From Felis catus (taxonomy: Eukaryota): 64,000 nucleotides of DNA. Made by a program: the position numbers and the translations under genes. Positions 37,401 to 51,992 of this stretch are shown here, piece by piece (position 1 is the first letter of the stretch; each line of letters begins with the position of its first letter). Where the stretch lies: contig NC_058368.1 in assembly GCF_018350175.1 (NCBI RefSeq), positions 25,422,001 through 25,486,000 on the forward strand, written 5' to 3'. Under the pieces are notes generated by a model. The model worked only from the letters and a program-made list of their open reading frames with translations. It searched no databases and was not told the origin of the DNA.

Positions 37401-40400
37401 ATAAAAATATATTAAAAATACATTTGTTTTAGTTATACTTTTAATTACTTCCTCATTTTAACGAATACACGCTAATGTCAGGAAATCTGTAAATTCAAAA
37501 ACGCTGAAATATAAGAATCACCTATAATACCACAAAATAACCACATTTAATATTTTAAGATACTCTTTCAGTTTTTTTGTATACTATAGTTACTATATGT
37601 TTCTTTAAAAAAAACTAGAATTATATATTCAGCTTTATAATCTGCCTTCAAAAAATTAACACTTCAAAACATATCCTACTCAACAATCAGATGAAAATGT
37701 ATGGAAAGCCTTAGCATAGTGCCTGGTATCTAGTAAACACTCAACGAATCACTATTATTATTATTTAAAACATTACTTTCACAGCCCCCACGGCAAATGT
37801 ACCATAAATCAAACATTCTGTTCGACATCTACATTGTATCCTGAGAAGAAAAGCCCAGTGGTTAGGAGTGAAACTAGAGGGTCTGGGCGCCAGCTGCCCA
37901 GGAGTCGTCTGAGTCCAGCAGAGCTGGCTCCCGTCTCTTGACTTTCCACCTCCCACCGGGTAAAACTGCTACAATAACAGAAAGTACTTCCCAGTCGGGA
38001 CACCCAACACTGGCTCAAAAGAGATACTTTTAGGGGCTTTTGCTCCATTCTCCTAAAACGTTTCTGAGAAAGGAACTGATTTATATCCCTATCAGCAGAA
38101 TTGTCTGCCTGACCAAATCCTCAAAAGCACTGACTGTTAATCTGCCATTTTCTTGACCAAAAAAAATGCCAGCTAACCTTAAACTGCACATATTCTCCAC
38201 GGAGGCTATACAAGCACTCATATTTATTAATCGTTTGCATTTTCTTTGAGTAATCTGGCCACTTAGAGTAGATATTTATCTTTCTTACTGACTTACAAGC
38301 ACTCCTAGTATATTGAAAATATTAACCCTCTCACACTTATTTGTTGGAAACATTCTAGTTTGCTTTTCTGTGGCTGTTTAAAATTCAGAAAATTTTTTTT
38401 TAATGTTTATTGTTGAGAGAGAGACAGAACACAAGTTGGAGAGGGGCAGAGAGAGAGGGAGACACAGAATCTGAAGCAGGCTCCAGGCTCTGAGCTGTCA
38501 GCACAGAGCCCAAAACAGGGCTTGAACTCACAAACCAGTCATGACCTGAGCCAAAGTCGGACACTTAACCAATTGAGCCACCCAGGTGCCCCTGGAAAAT
38601 GTAATTTTTATATCACAAATCGTTTACTCCATAATTTTTTCCTAGTAATTTCTGCTAGTTATTTTTTTTTCTGCTTATTTTTACATTTAACTCTTTGGTT
38701 TACTGATAGCGTATTTTGGTAATGTCATAAAATGAAGACCTGACTTCTTTTTCCCCAAATAGTTAGCAAATCTTCCCAATACTATGTAGAAAACTAGAAC
38801 CCTTCCTCTTTAAGAAATTTATATACTAAGTTCTAGAATTTTCCATTCCAGTGATCCACTGATGAATTCTTGAATCAGTATCACTGTATTTTTCAAATTT
38901 TTCTTGTCTCGTTAGTCTTGCTTATTTAGTATACCAAATGAATTTTAGCATTATCCAAAAAGAAATTCCATTGGAATTTTTGCTAAGATTACATTTGACT
39001 AATAAATTATATTAGGAGGAACTGACATTTAAAAAATTAAGTCTCCTGAACCAGGAACAAGAAGTTTACTATTTATTCAGTCTTTTATGATTTTCTGTCC
39101 AGTTTTGCCATTTTCTTCCTCCTTGTATTTCCATTAAGGTTATTTGTAGATAAATATTTTATGCTGTCACTAGTATGTCAGGACTCCATCACATGTATTA
39201 ATTGGTTACCATTAGTAAATGGCAAGCAGAAAGGCCACTGAGAATTCTAAAATCATTTTATATTCACCCACCCCACGGAGCTATATATCACATCTATCTA
39301 TACCATTTCTTTTCTAATCAAATTTTTACCACTGGTATTCGACTACTAAGCAAAAGCAACCAATCGGGCACAATCTAAACCTCTTACCATCAATGAACCA
39401 CCCTTCTCCTGTATCTTCTATAAATAAGACCAAGTTTCTCTTATTTCAAAAAACAAAAAACCCCTTTCAACTAACTCTGGGAGGGAAACAAGAAAGGGAC
39501 TGAGTCAGTCAGCAAAAGTAGACTACTCTTTCTAGTATCTTCACAAGGAACAGGAAAAAGATACATGTACCAGCTGGTCAACTGTATCTTGGCTATGTTA
39601 TTAAATATGTAAATACTGACACACAGACCTACTTTCTACACCCTCCATTTCTAATCACTCCATCAAGACAAATATTTAGCACGTAAGTACCAGCCACTGT
39701 GCTAAGGAGAATAAGTAAGGCACATGTTCCCAACCTCAAGAATATACTACCAACAGCTTAATCAACCCCTATTTCTCATGGACTAGTGCAAAATCTTCCT
39801 TGTTGATCAGGCCTCCCTGTCTCAAATCTTGCTTCGCCATAATCCGTCTTCGAAGAGCATCCTTAAGCTAAAGAAATGGCAAATCTGACCAAATCATTCT
39901 GTCTAAAATACTTCACCAGGGGGGCCTGGGTGGCTCAGCTGGTCAAGCGTCTGACTTCAGCTCACAGGCCATGGGTTTGAGCTGCGAATCATGCTCTGAG
40001 CTGACAGTGCAGAGCCTACTTGAGGTTCTCTCTCTCTCCCTCTCTCTGCCCTCCCCTCACTTGCACACATTCACATGCTCTCTCGCTCTCTCCCAAAATA
40101 AATAAACTTAAGAAAAATAAAATACTCCACTAGCTCTCCGCTTGTCCTGAATTGGCATGACTTGTGACGCCCCTTGTGAAACGATCTCTCCCATCTTTCC
40201 TGTCTTTTTTTTCCCCATCACACGTTACCAACGTCCTGTGTTCTGGTCACAAGTTACAGGGAGCTCTGCCAAAATAAGTGTGGCTACAACCATCCCTCTA
40301 CGTGCCGTCTTCTCTGCATGAAGCATCCTTACCAATCCCCTCAAGCCCGCTATAAATCTGTGCTCCTTTCGGTCAAGTATCACTTTCACCTAGAAACCTT

Positions 40401-43400
40401 CCCTGAGCATCACGGGAAGAGCTAAGTGTCTCCTGTTCTGTGCTCTTAAGGCACCTCCAAGGTATGCTACTGTAATGTGGAAAGATAGTGCCTACCTTTC
40501 ATTTGTATTCATTTTCCTGGTTTAGCAAAAGGTCTAACATACAGCAGAGCCTCAAAAGGGCTGGCTAAATAAACTTCACAGCAATATCCTATTTACGTCA
40601 ATAGACTTACTCTGACTTTGGGAGCAGCAGCTCGAAATTTCACATAAAATAATGTGAAGGCATTGTCTGCATTGGGTACAGATGCAGGATCCTAGAGACA
40701 CGGGGAAGGGCAGGGAAGGAAGATAATTAGCAAACAAATCATCATTCAGAAAATATGACACCAACCATTTAAATGGCTACCACTGGGCCTGTATACCAAC
40801 CAAAAGCTTACAGAGAAAAATCTCAAAGACTGATTAAATATTAGTATTATTGCTACAAATGAGACATGCTTAGGTGGAACTGTCATCTCCTTCCTCTTCA
40901 TAACTAAAATTTACCCTATGCTGCATGAATTTTGGTGGTAAACAGACCTGAATTCAGATTCATACTCAGTCACTTACTGACAGCAGGATAACGGCCACAT
41001 CACTGGACCTCTCTAAGATTCAGCGCATCCATTAAACGCAGATTAGTCATAAAGGTGTTATGCAGCTCAACAGTAAAGCACTAGTTACTGGTACATTGTA
41101 GGTACTAGCACTGATTAGGTATTAATTTCCTAAACTTATTAAAAATCTTACAAAACAGAAAAATTATATAGTCTGGCCTTCATGTCAGCTACGAACAATA
41201 TGAACAGCAAAACACAACCCGAAAATCAGAGGCTTTGAACTAAAAGTTCAAGAAGATTATTTCATGTTCTTTGAAAATGCATAGTCTTTATGATTTTATT
41301 TTCTTATATGTTCAGTGACCATCTTAGCTAGGTGCATTCTTAATTTTCTAACCTAACTCTCTGCTCATTTTCCACCTAGCATCTACTATGACCTGTAATT
41401 TGTTTGTTTCCGTCTTTGCTGATTATTTCTTCTGAATTATCCATGAGGGCAGGGACCTCGCTGGTTCCTTCTCACTATTGTACAGTTCCCAGTACAATAC
41501 CAACCACTGAGAAGGCACTCGATGAAAATACATTTGTTAAACACAGAAAATTAAATTATCTACCATATGTAAAAAAAAAAAAAAAAAAAAAAAACTCAAA
41601 GCATCCATCATATGTAATCCCACCCCTAAGACAGAACTAGTTTTATCATTTTGCTGTATTTCCTTCCAATATTTTCATGAAGATAAAATGTTTTAAGTGA
41701 CAAATGGTTCGAATCTTATTGTTTACCAATAGTAATGAGTACTTCTCACATTATTAAATATTCTTTGAAAATAAGATTCTGATGAACAGATATAATACAG
41801 CCATTTTTTCTATGCTAAATAAAACTGTGATGCATAGTCTTATTTAACAAAATGTTAAAAAAAAAAAGTTTCTAGAGGTACTAAGTACTAATCTTACATT
41901 TAAGATTATGGAAGGTAAATGAATGAATACAAAAAGAAAAAGAAAAGAAAGGAACGACCTCACCAGTTAACTCACCCTTTTCAATAACTGACTGGTGAGG
42001 TTCTGTAGCGTGTTCACAGTGTATGTCTTCATGAGGTGCAAGGCTTTAGAAAGACACTGCTTAAACTTCAGCAAATATACAGGATAATCTTTAAAATGTG
42101 GCTATAAAGGAAAGGGAAAGATTTACAAAGAGGAAACAAACACTGGCACAGCCAACTACGAAAACAAACCTGTCCTTAAAGTAAAGCTATGTATGATGTT
42201 CAAAAGGTCTTATATAGATTGTAAGCTTGACGAAGACGAATACGGGCTTCTCCCCTAATTCCCCTTCAACCAAAAGTTCACTTTATGTCACTTCACTTTT
42301 ACAAAAGACCTACAGTAGTACCCGTTTTTGTTAACCAAAAGAAAGCCAATGAGGATTTTCACTTTTATGAAATGGTAACTGCTTCTTCACTTTAGGACAC
42401 TTTGATTTACAAAAGGTTTCATAGGAACATTCTGCTTTCAGATAGTGGGGAAAACCTGTACAGCTATAAATCCTTGGGGGATACAAGGAGGGTGATGAAA
42501 TCAAAGGGCCTGTTCCTTTATTTCCTCCCAAGTAACTGTTTCCAAAGAAGTATCTAGAACACCAGGAAGTCAAAAGCCTAAAAATCACCCATCCTTTTAG
42601 GTGGCTATACCTGTGTCAGCCAGGATCCCTTTCTGTTCCAGAGGTTGCCTCAGCAGCTGAAAGTACTTTTTTTTACATCACTACTGACAATGACTAAGAA
42701 TTTGCTACAGTTTTTCTTCAAGTATATTACAGATACCCTGTTTCCCTTCAGAAGAAATACCTTATAACATAGGAAGGAATATAATGTGAATGTTAAGATT
42801 TCTTAAAAACATACAGAAACAGGGGCGCCTGGATAGCTCAGTTAGTTAAACGCCCAACTCTTGATTTTGGCTTAGGTCATGATCTCACAGTTCGTGAGTT
42901 CAAGTCCTGTGTCGGGCTCCATGCTGACAGCTCAGAGCCTGTTTGGGATTCTCTCTCTCCGTCTCTCTCCCTGCCCCCTTTCCTGCTTGTGCAGGCACAC
43001 ACACGCATGCACTTGCACTCTCTCTCAAAAATAAATAAATATACTTCAAAAAAAATACAAAAATATCATGACTTACATGAGATGAGATATATGTTATACA
43101 GTCATCTAACTTGGCCAGCATAGGTATAAATCCTTCACTATTAACAGACAATGTAGGAGAATTCAGTTTCTTTAAGGAAAAAAAAATTTTTTTTAATTCA
43201 CAAAAAATATTCAGGCAAAAGTTGAAAATTATGTATTAGAATTAGCATACTTCCCTTTAGACTATAAGTTATACTAATGTCTTTACATTTTAAGAATCAT
43301 CAAAGTATCCTCAAATATAGCCCATGTGTAATAATAAAGAAAGGACAAAAAAGTAATAGTGATTTAATTTAGTTTATTCCTAATGAGCTTTAAGGGGCTC

Positions 43401-46400
43401 TTCATAAATTTGCAAATATTTACATTACTGCATTGTACAATGTTATATTAACACCTCAAGTACCTAGACTTCTCATTTGCTAGTACAACATACACAAATT
43501 TCCTACTTTCAAATAGTGGCGATTTTTTCAAGGTTAAAGGATTAACTAGCACTCATACTATGTTTAGCAGTCATACTATGAAAGTAAAACAATATATAAG
43601 CAAAATATAAGTAAACGTTTAATGATTAAATATATACAAATAAAAGCATAAACACAAGTAATATATATAATGTTTAATACTTAACATATAAAACTATACA
43701 TTAAGACATGAAACTATTTTACATACATGTTTTATATAAATATGAAAATGTAAGTAAAGAAGTGTATGCAAAATATAAGTAAAACCAGTCAACTATTTAT
43801 CTTGATAGCTTAACAATGAACAATTTCCCCTTGCATTCCATTATTAACTGGTTACTGGTTTTCTATCTCTGTAGTAAACCATAATAATTATAATTAATTT
43901 AATACTTTTAGTCATTTATATGTAGTAATTATGATTAATTTATGAGCCGGGAAGACATAGGAATGTAATTTACACAGCAGTCTTAATTGAGACTATTACT
44001 TTGATATACAAGCATGCGTTATAAGGACTATACTCCAAACTAAACAGGAGATTATTTTAAAAAATATTTTGATTGCTAAGAGTAGCACAACCACAGCAAG
44101 ATTTAAAATTTAATACTTCCTCTCACAATCTTTTCAGCTCACAAATAAAGATACTATACGTGGTAACAGACAAAGGGATTTTAATAACAGCAATACAACT
44201 TAAGAGGAACTACTGTTTAAATCATATTTGAAAAAATCTAAACTGGTAATGATACCTACATGGGGTACAAGTAGGAATATCTATCTGCAGGCAAACTATT
44301 AAGTTAAATTATCACTCAAGTCAATTTATAAATTTAAAGATTATATTCAGAAAGGAAAATACAAATAAAGTCACTAACTTTACAAAAAGTAAAAAAAAAA
44401 AAAAAAAAAACCATGCTTACTGTGTTAATAGTTTCCAATTCATTAAAATAGGAAAGCTTTTGTTGAATGTTTTCTGCCAGATCAACAAGTTCCGACTTGC
44501 ATTTTTTAAAAGAAAAAAATCAGTATAAGAACATAAGAATCAACACTCCAGTCTCAAAATTACACTGAATACATTTATACCAGACATATAGGTTTATTTT
44601 AGACATAAGATTTTAGACTAATGCTCAAAGATTTCTGCAATCGTGGACAAATTAAGTGATGATTATTACAGCAACTTACATATCTTTTATAAAATAATAA
44701 ATAATTCCCTTTTAAAAACACATAAAATATACAGAGAAGACTCAGATCAAGTGACTTACATGTTCTATCTTTAGATCATGAGTTTAAGTACAATCTAGAT
44801 TAGTTCATCTTTTCATAAACCCCACCATTACTATAATCACTTTGCTTATTTGAAAAGTGTCAATCAAGAGTGGACAGGGCAAACTAATGTATCGTCTTCA
44901 TTCTGAAACTGTACTGAGACTTAACAGCTCAAAACGTAGGCTTGCCTTGCCACATTCATGTGAGCTTATTTAGAATCCAAACAAGCTGGCAATGTCATAA
45001 CGTGCATGCTTAGCACAAGGCCTCATACAGAGCAGAGTTCAATACATAGTTGGAGAAATTAAAGAGATCAAAATTAAATTCTATCCATCTATTTAAAAAT
45101 AAAATGTTAAGTATAATCACTAGCCCTCACCCCTACTCCAAATTACCTGTTCTTTTAGGAGCTGTTCACAGGCTTCATGTAGGGTTCCTGTCTTATTGGA
45201 CACAAAAAGATACTGTTTCTGCAATGATTCCAGATGCTGAAGAGCACTGTTTACATCATTCAATATAGCATCACACTGCTCCTGAAACCCAGACAAGTAA
45301 TCCCTCATCTGTCTAGAAAACAGAACCAAAAGGGGATTGGCAATAATATTTTCCCCCAATAAGCAGAGTCAATAAACAACAAAGTCTCATTTTTCCCCAA
45401 ATGCTTGAATCTCAGGAGAAGAGTCGACCTACTCACTGAAGTTTATTATATTCAGAAAGGTGCCAAAAACTATGTTAACACCTTTTCCAAAGCTTAAGAG
45501 GAAAAAAAACCACTGAAACAATGAGCAACAAAAGGAATCAGCCTTAAAGCCACAAGCTGGCTTTTCACATTTAAGGCAATAAATCACCGACTCAACTTTC
45601 AAAGACTGGGACACTCGGGCCAACCCGGGGTATTAAGTAGGTCAATCTCTCAGGTCACTTAATGTCTTTGAGAGACGGTGTGATGTCACGGAAAGAATTT
45701 TGGACTTGGAATCAGAAGACCTGAGTCACTGAGTCATATGAGGAAAGTCGCTTAGTATTTTCAGGCTTCAGTTTGCACATTTGTAAAATAGGAATAATAT
45801 AATACCTTTCCTCACATAACTGCAATAAAGATTAACTGAAATCACACATCAAAGAGCCTAACACATTACCTAGCAGTAACAGTCACTTGGTAAATGTTAA
45901 CTAAATGCAATTATTCAATCCACAGTCCCCAAATCAGCTCGACACTATGCACCATCATTTCCCCTCTGCTATCAACATACACAAACAGGACAACATAGTT
46001 ACACCCATTCTAGGTGGGCATCCCCAAAATCTCTTGGGTCACTACTTCTAAAGAAAAGCAACAAACATCTCAGAGTTCCTGTAAAATTCCCACTTGAACT
46101 CAAACCTTCTTAGAGTTCTCTAAAAACCAATGTGTGCACCTCCTAACCTATTAATTATGATACAACTATTTGTTTAAATCACACAACTTATCTCTAGCTC
46201 TTCTTAAAGAAAATGTTGCTGTTGGAGTTTTCTTTGTATCTTAATTTCGTTTAAAGATACAGATTATGAAATGCTGCAGATGACTGTGATCTAAAAGTTA
46301 GGGGACGCCTGGGTGGCTCAGTTAAGTGCCTGACTTCGGCTCAGGTCATGATCTCGCGGTCAGTGAGTTCCAGTCCCACATCGGGCTCTGTGCTGACAGC

Positions 46401-49400
46401 TGAGAGCCTGGAGCCTGCTTCAGATTCTGGGTCTCCCTCTCTCTCTGACCCTCCCCCACTCATGCTCTGTCTCTCTCCATCTCTCAAAAATGAATAAACG
46501 TTAAAAAAAAAAAAATTTAAAGTTAGGTTAGCCAACAAACTCAAGAGCCACATACCTATATTTAGTTTCTTCATCCTGATCCATCTGAGTTTGTAGCTTT
46601 GCAAACCATGAGAAAAACTAGAAAAATAAAGAGTATTACATTGTCAACAAAACTAAAACAGACAAGATGGAAAGTGGCTACAGGCTAAACAGCAAGTCAA
46701 AAGGGTAGACACTACCTAAGTCTTACTGTTTGTGGTTCAGACATTAATAATTATTTTTAAGCCAGGAGATGATCATTTAATTCCATAGTCAATATCTACA
46801 TGCTAGAAAAGCAAAGGATGTTAAAATCATTGGCCACATCCAGAGTCAAACAAAGATAAGGGTTAAAGGTACAGTATATAAAAAATGTATATTCTTTCCT
46901 AAAAGGCTAATGCCTATTTGCTACATTGCTAAATTTGAATAGGTAACATAGGGCTTTGGGTCAGTGTTAATATTAATGTTATCTAATAAGGATTATAAAA
47001 ATATAACTTTGAAATAATATAACAGAATATATATATATTTATAATATAAATATAACTTTGAAATAATATAACAGAGTGACTTAACAACATGGGACTTCTG
47101 TATTGGCTAAACCTGGGTTTGGATTCTAGCCCTACCACCTATGTCGTGAAAAATATCTATTATTAAAAAGAGGTGGAGGGCACAGTCTATTAAGCATCCG
47201 ACTTTGGCTCCGGTCACAATTTCAAGGTTTGTGAGTTCGAGCCCTGCGTCAGGCTCCACTCTGACAGGACAGCCTGCTTGGGATTCTCTCTCTCTACCTC
47301 TCTCTCCACCCCTCCTCCAATTGTGCTTTCTCTCTCTCTCAAATAAACTTTAAAAAATAAAATTAAATAAATAAAAAGAGCTAAAGATTGACCTTATACA
47401 AGCATGAAGGATAAAAATGTTTTATAGCTTGATCATTGTGGGAGTTAAATTTGTCAAAACTCAACAAACTATATACTTAAAATGGATATATTTTATATTG
47501 TGTAAATTATAACTCAATGTACAAGTTTTTCAAAAAATTTACAGAAAAATACGCGGGTACAAATTTAGCCCAGATTTTTTTTTTTTCCAAATAGTCCAAA
47601 TACGTTCACAGACGTGGTGCAAGGTTACGCTCCACAATTCTCAAGTTGGATTTGAAGTCAAGGGTGTGCTTCATTCTCTCCAGATACTAGGCTTGCCAAG
47701 TGCCTTAGCTATCATTCACTGAACACTGACTGTGTGCCTGTCAAACACTGTATGCATTATCTAATTTTCAGAAAAATCCCATGAGATAGGTATATAATCA
47801 TCCTTGTTTTGCAGATTCGAAAACTAAAGGCCTAAGAGGATAAGTGATTTGCCTAAACTCACAAAGGTGGTAAGTGATGGAGAGGGTGACTTTCAGATCC
47901 AGGCTGGCCTAACTCAAGAGGTGGAGCTCTTTTTCACTTTGCCACACTGCCTCGACTTCCTAGATCTGCAATTCAGCAGGCTTGCTTTTTGCTTTCCTTG
48001 GTAAATGCCTCAGCTCTGATTTTTATACAGCAGAAAGAAGAGACAAAAGAAGTGGCAGAAGAAACTGCTATATATTTAGGTTTATGATTAGGAATAAATA
48101 GCCATCAGGGGAAGATTGATTACACACGCAAATTTTAAAAAGTAACTTATTTTAAAAAATAAGGGTTCATCTAAAGAGAATCTTTAGGTTCTTAAAAAAG
48201 AAATTACCTGGCAACAAGCAGAGGGGGGTGTATGTGTGTGCATGTGCGTGTATGTGCACACACACATGCGTGCTAGGGGGACCCACTGACATAAGCAGAC
48301 ACTGCGGGAGGCCAAAAGTGCATGAAACATTAAAACCTTAATGATGAGCTATCAACATCCAAAGTTGGAATATCATATCTTTATCTGTAGCGCAAATACA
48401 ATTGGGCAACAGGTTTATTTAAAACACTCACAGAGGTATCTGGGTGGCTCAGTCAGTTGAGCGTACGACTTCAGCTCAGGTCACGATCTCACAATTTGGG
48501 AGTTCAAGCCCCACACCGGGCTCACTGCTCTCAGTGCAGAACCCACTTCAGAACCCCTGTCCCCCTCTCTCCCTGCCCCTCCCTTGCTTGTTTTCCCTCT
48601 CCCTCTCTCTCAAAAATAAATGGAACATTTTAAATAAGTAAATATAAATAAGTAAAAATAAAACACTTACAAAACCACAGCTAACACAAAATCGAGAATG
48701 TTCTAGAAAGATCTGATGTTAACTATATCTTCAAAGGTTTAGAACTTTTAACAAGGACACTTTTTCATTAGCCCTGTCTTGAGATCTTTAAAATAATCAA
48801 GCATCCTTAGAAACAACAATGCCATTCACCTGCTGTGCAGTTTCAATTCTTTCTTCTTCCATTTCTAAGGAAATGAAACCCTTCAAGAGAATGTCTTCTG
48901 TAGATTCAGGTACTATTGAAGGCTCTGCAGCAGGCAGCGACTGGGATGTTAAACTGCACAAGTCTTCAAGTGGTAGCTTCAAAAAAAAAAAGAGCCACAG
49001 AGATATTTAAATAACGTGAAAATTCTCTAAACTCTTGACTGTTATTATTCCATCTCACTTGTTTTGAAAGATCATTTGAGGCTAATAACTGCCATATGAC
49101 AGTAACACTTCCAGCTAGGCTCTTTCTATTAAATGCTAGTCTCAAAACATAAACGTAATACGGTTATTGCACCGAGAGTTAGGTATGATTTTTGAGTTGC
49201 CTTTCTAATACTGGCAGTGAACCTGTGCTAATCAACACACGTTTTCTTACTTGAACCTCATGAACTGGCACCAAGGGCAAAAACCTGTATGCTGTTGAAA
49301 GTAGCTTGCCTTTCCCGGGATCTAACAAAAGAGGCTGGCCTCATTAATGCTTGCCAACAGAAAATAAATCACACCCAAGAATTAACTATCAATAAACATG

Positions 49401-50206
49401 ACCTCCTTCTGCCATTTCTACCATTGGCACACTTCGCCCACACCTTCTTGGTGGTAAATTCTGAAACTGTAACTGAGGAGAGACCATCTCAGAACTCCCT
49501 GTCGGTTTCGGAAGAGCCCCCCCAGAAGGCCTCATTTTGACACCATCAAATACTTTGACCTACAATACTTTCCAGTTCTCCACTACTAAAGATAGCCCAG
49601 GTGTTAATTTACCTATAGTCACACAGACGTACTAATTTTAGACCTCAAATAAAGGGAGTGTGGATGAAGGATGAGGTAAAAAGGCCTAATGTTTCAATTC
49701 CAGTTTTTAGTCCTTAGGGCATAACATTTAAGGCCCATCTACAGAAAATTTTGACCCAGGGCCTTAGGAAATTGCCCCTGTTTTTCCAGACACAAGAATT
49801 TCTTCTGAAGACAGGCTTTTATCTTCAAAGTTTAAAAAAAAAAAGCTAGATGAACAATGCACCATCACTAATTTAGAAATACAACCCTTTGGGGCGCCTG
49901 GGTGGCTCCGTCAGTTAAGTGTCCGACTTCGGCTCAGGTTATGATCTCACAGTTTGTGGGTTCAAGCCCCTTGTCGGCCTCTGTGCTGACAGCTCAGAGC
50001 CTGGAGCCTTTGCCTCTCTCTGCCCCTCCCTCACACTCTTGTCTCTTAAAAATGAATAAAACTTTTAAAAAAAATTAAAAAGAAAAAAATTAAAGAGAAA
50101 TACAACCCTTTAAAAACAGGCTTTAAAAATTTTTTTTTAATTTTATAGACAGAGAAATAAGTGAGTGGGGAAGGAGCAGAGGGAGGTAGGAGGAGAGTGG
50201 GGGGAG

Positions 50207-50258
<52 letters not shown>

Positions 50259-51961
50259 CTCAAGCAGGCTCCACACTCAGCACAGAGCCTAATGTGGGGT
50301 TCAATCCCACAACCCTGGGATCATGACCTGGGCCAAAATCAAGAGTCAGACATCCACTCAGGCACCCCCAAAATAGGCGTTTCTGTCCTGAGTTCAAGTG
50401 GGGCCATACCTCCTGGCATGGGGAAGCGTGTTATGGTGCAGTCTGGCTTGAACACTGCTCCTGCTCACTTATAAGCTGTGTGACGATGGGCAAATTACCT
50501 AATGCTCCTAATCCTCAATTTCTTTTCTGCAAAATAGGAACTACAATATCTGTATCCTGAAGCCACTAGGGAAAAAAGAAAACACGGGTGTGGGAAAACA
50601 GGCTTCCTGAACTGCTGGGAAGCTGCAGACAAAAAAAAAAAAAAAAAAATGTTCAGCAACGTCCTCAACCTGCCTCCTCCCCACAAATGACTCTGACTCA
50701 AGAGCCAGGAGGTCATGAGTAAACATAAATACCTCTTACTAAGGGTATCACTTGTTCATGTAGCCCTTCCTGAATGGTGACATAATCCTTCAATATAAGA
50801 GGACTATGACACACGAAGAATTAAGTTTCTCAAATCCAGTGAGAATCTATCTTGAGTCCAAAGCGTCATCAGCAACCGTGTGCTGCCACCAGGGGTTCGG
50901 AAGGTAAAAGGGCCTAATTATTTCATTTCAATTCCAGTTCTTAGTCTGGAGGCAGAGGAAGCTGTGCTAAGTCACACTACTCCTGCTCTATGGAGCCATC
51001 CCAGTTACCACAACAAGCTGCCTCCTCGGAGAGGGGGAGGTAACCCACCAGAGACAATACTACATGTATTTAGCATCATGCTTGTCACATAGTAAACACT
51101 CAATAAATCTAAGCTACTGTCATTTATCCTTTTATTATTATCCCTATTTATGAGCAATAACAGAGTAAGTAAATCTATAAATCAGAATCGATAGTGCTCT
51201 TGGGGAAAGAATAGTCCTTAGGCTATCTTTTTTTTTTAATGTTTATGTATTTATTTTGAGAAAGAGAACATGCGCACTCATGCGTTTGCATGCGTGCAAG
51301 TGAGGGAAGGGCAGAGAGAGAGAGGGAGAGAAAGAATCCTAAGCAGGCTCCAAGCTCAGTGCAGAGCCTGACACAGAGCTCAATCTCACGACCATGAGAT
51401 CATAACCGGAGCCAAATTCAGGAGTCGAGTGCTTAACCAACTGAGATACCCAGGCACCCCCATAAGCTATCTTTATAAAACTGGATTTCATTAGTAGTAA
51501 AATTTAGTTCTATTCAGACTGTGACAAAAGTCAAACATGTAATGCTATCCTCAATGTTTACACAATAGCTAAGGGGGAAGGAGAGGTGGGTCAGGCTCAG
51601 ATTTGAAAACATACCAGAAAGCACCAGGAGACTGGGCTAAGGTAAGGAAAGCTGGACAGAGTGCTGCTGCAATGTGCTCATCAGTACATTCAAGACAGCT
51701 AAAGACTCAGTGAACTTGAAGACAGTGCACTAAAATCACCCAATAGGAAACATAGAGGAAACAGAGTGAATAAATAAAAACCAAACACAATATCCAAGAA
51801 CACAGAGATGGCATCATATTATCTAGTACATGTATAAATAGAATCCCAAAAGGAGAGAGAACAGGGTAGAAAAAAAATTTTTTTGAAGATAATAGTTGAA
51901 ATATTTCCAATAAAAGATAGCAAACTACAGTTCTGAGAAGCTCAGAGAATCCCAAGCAAAA

Positions 51962-51992
<31 letters not shown>

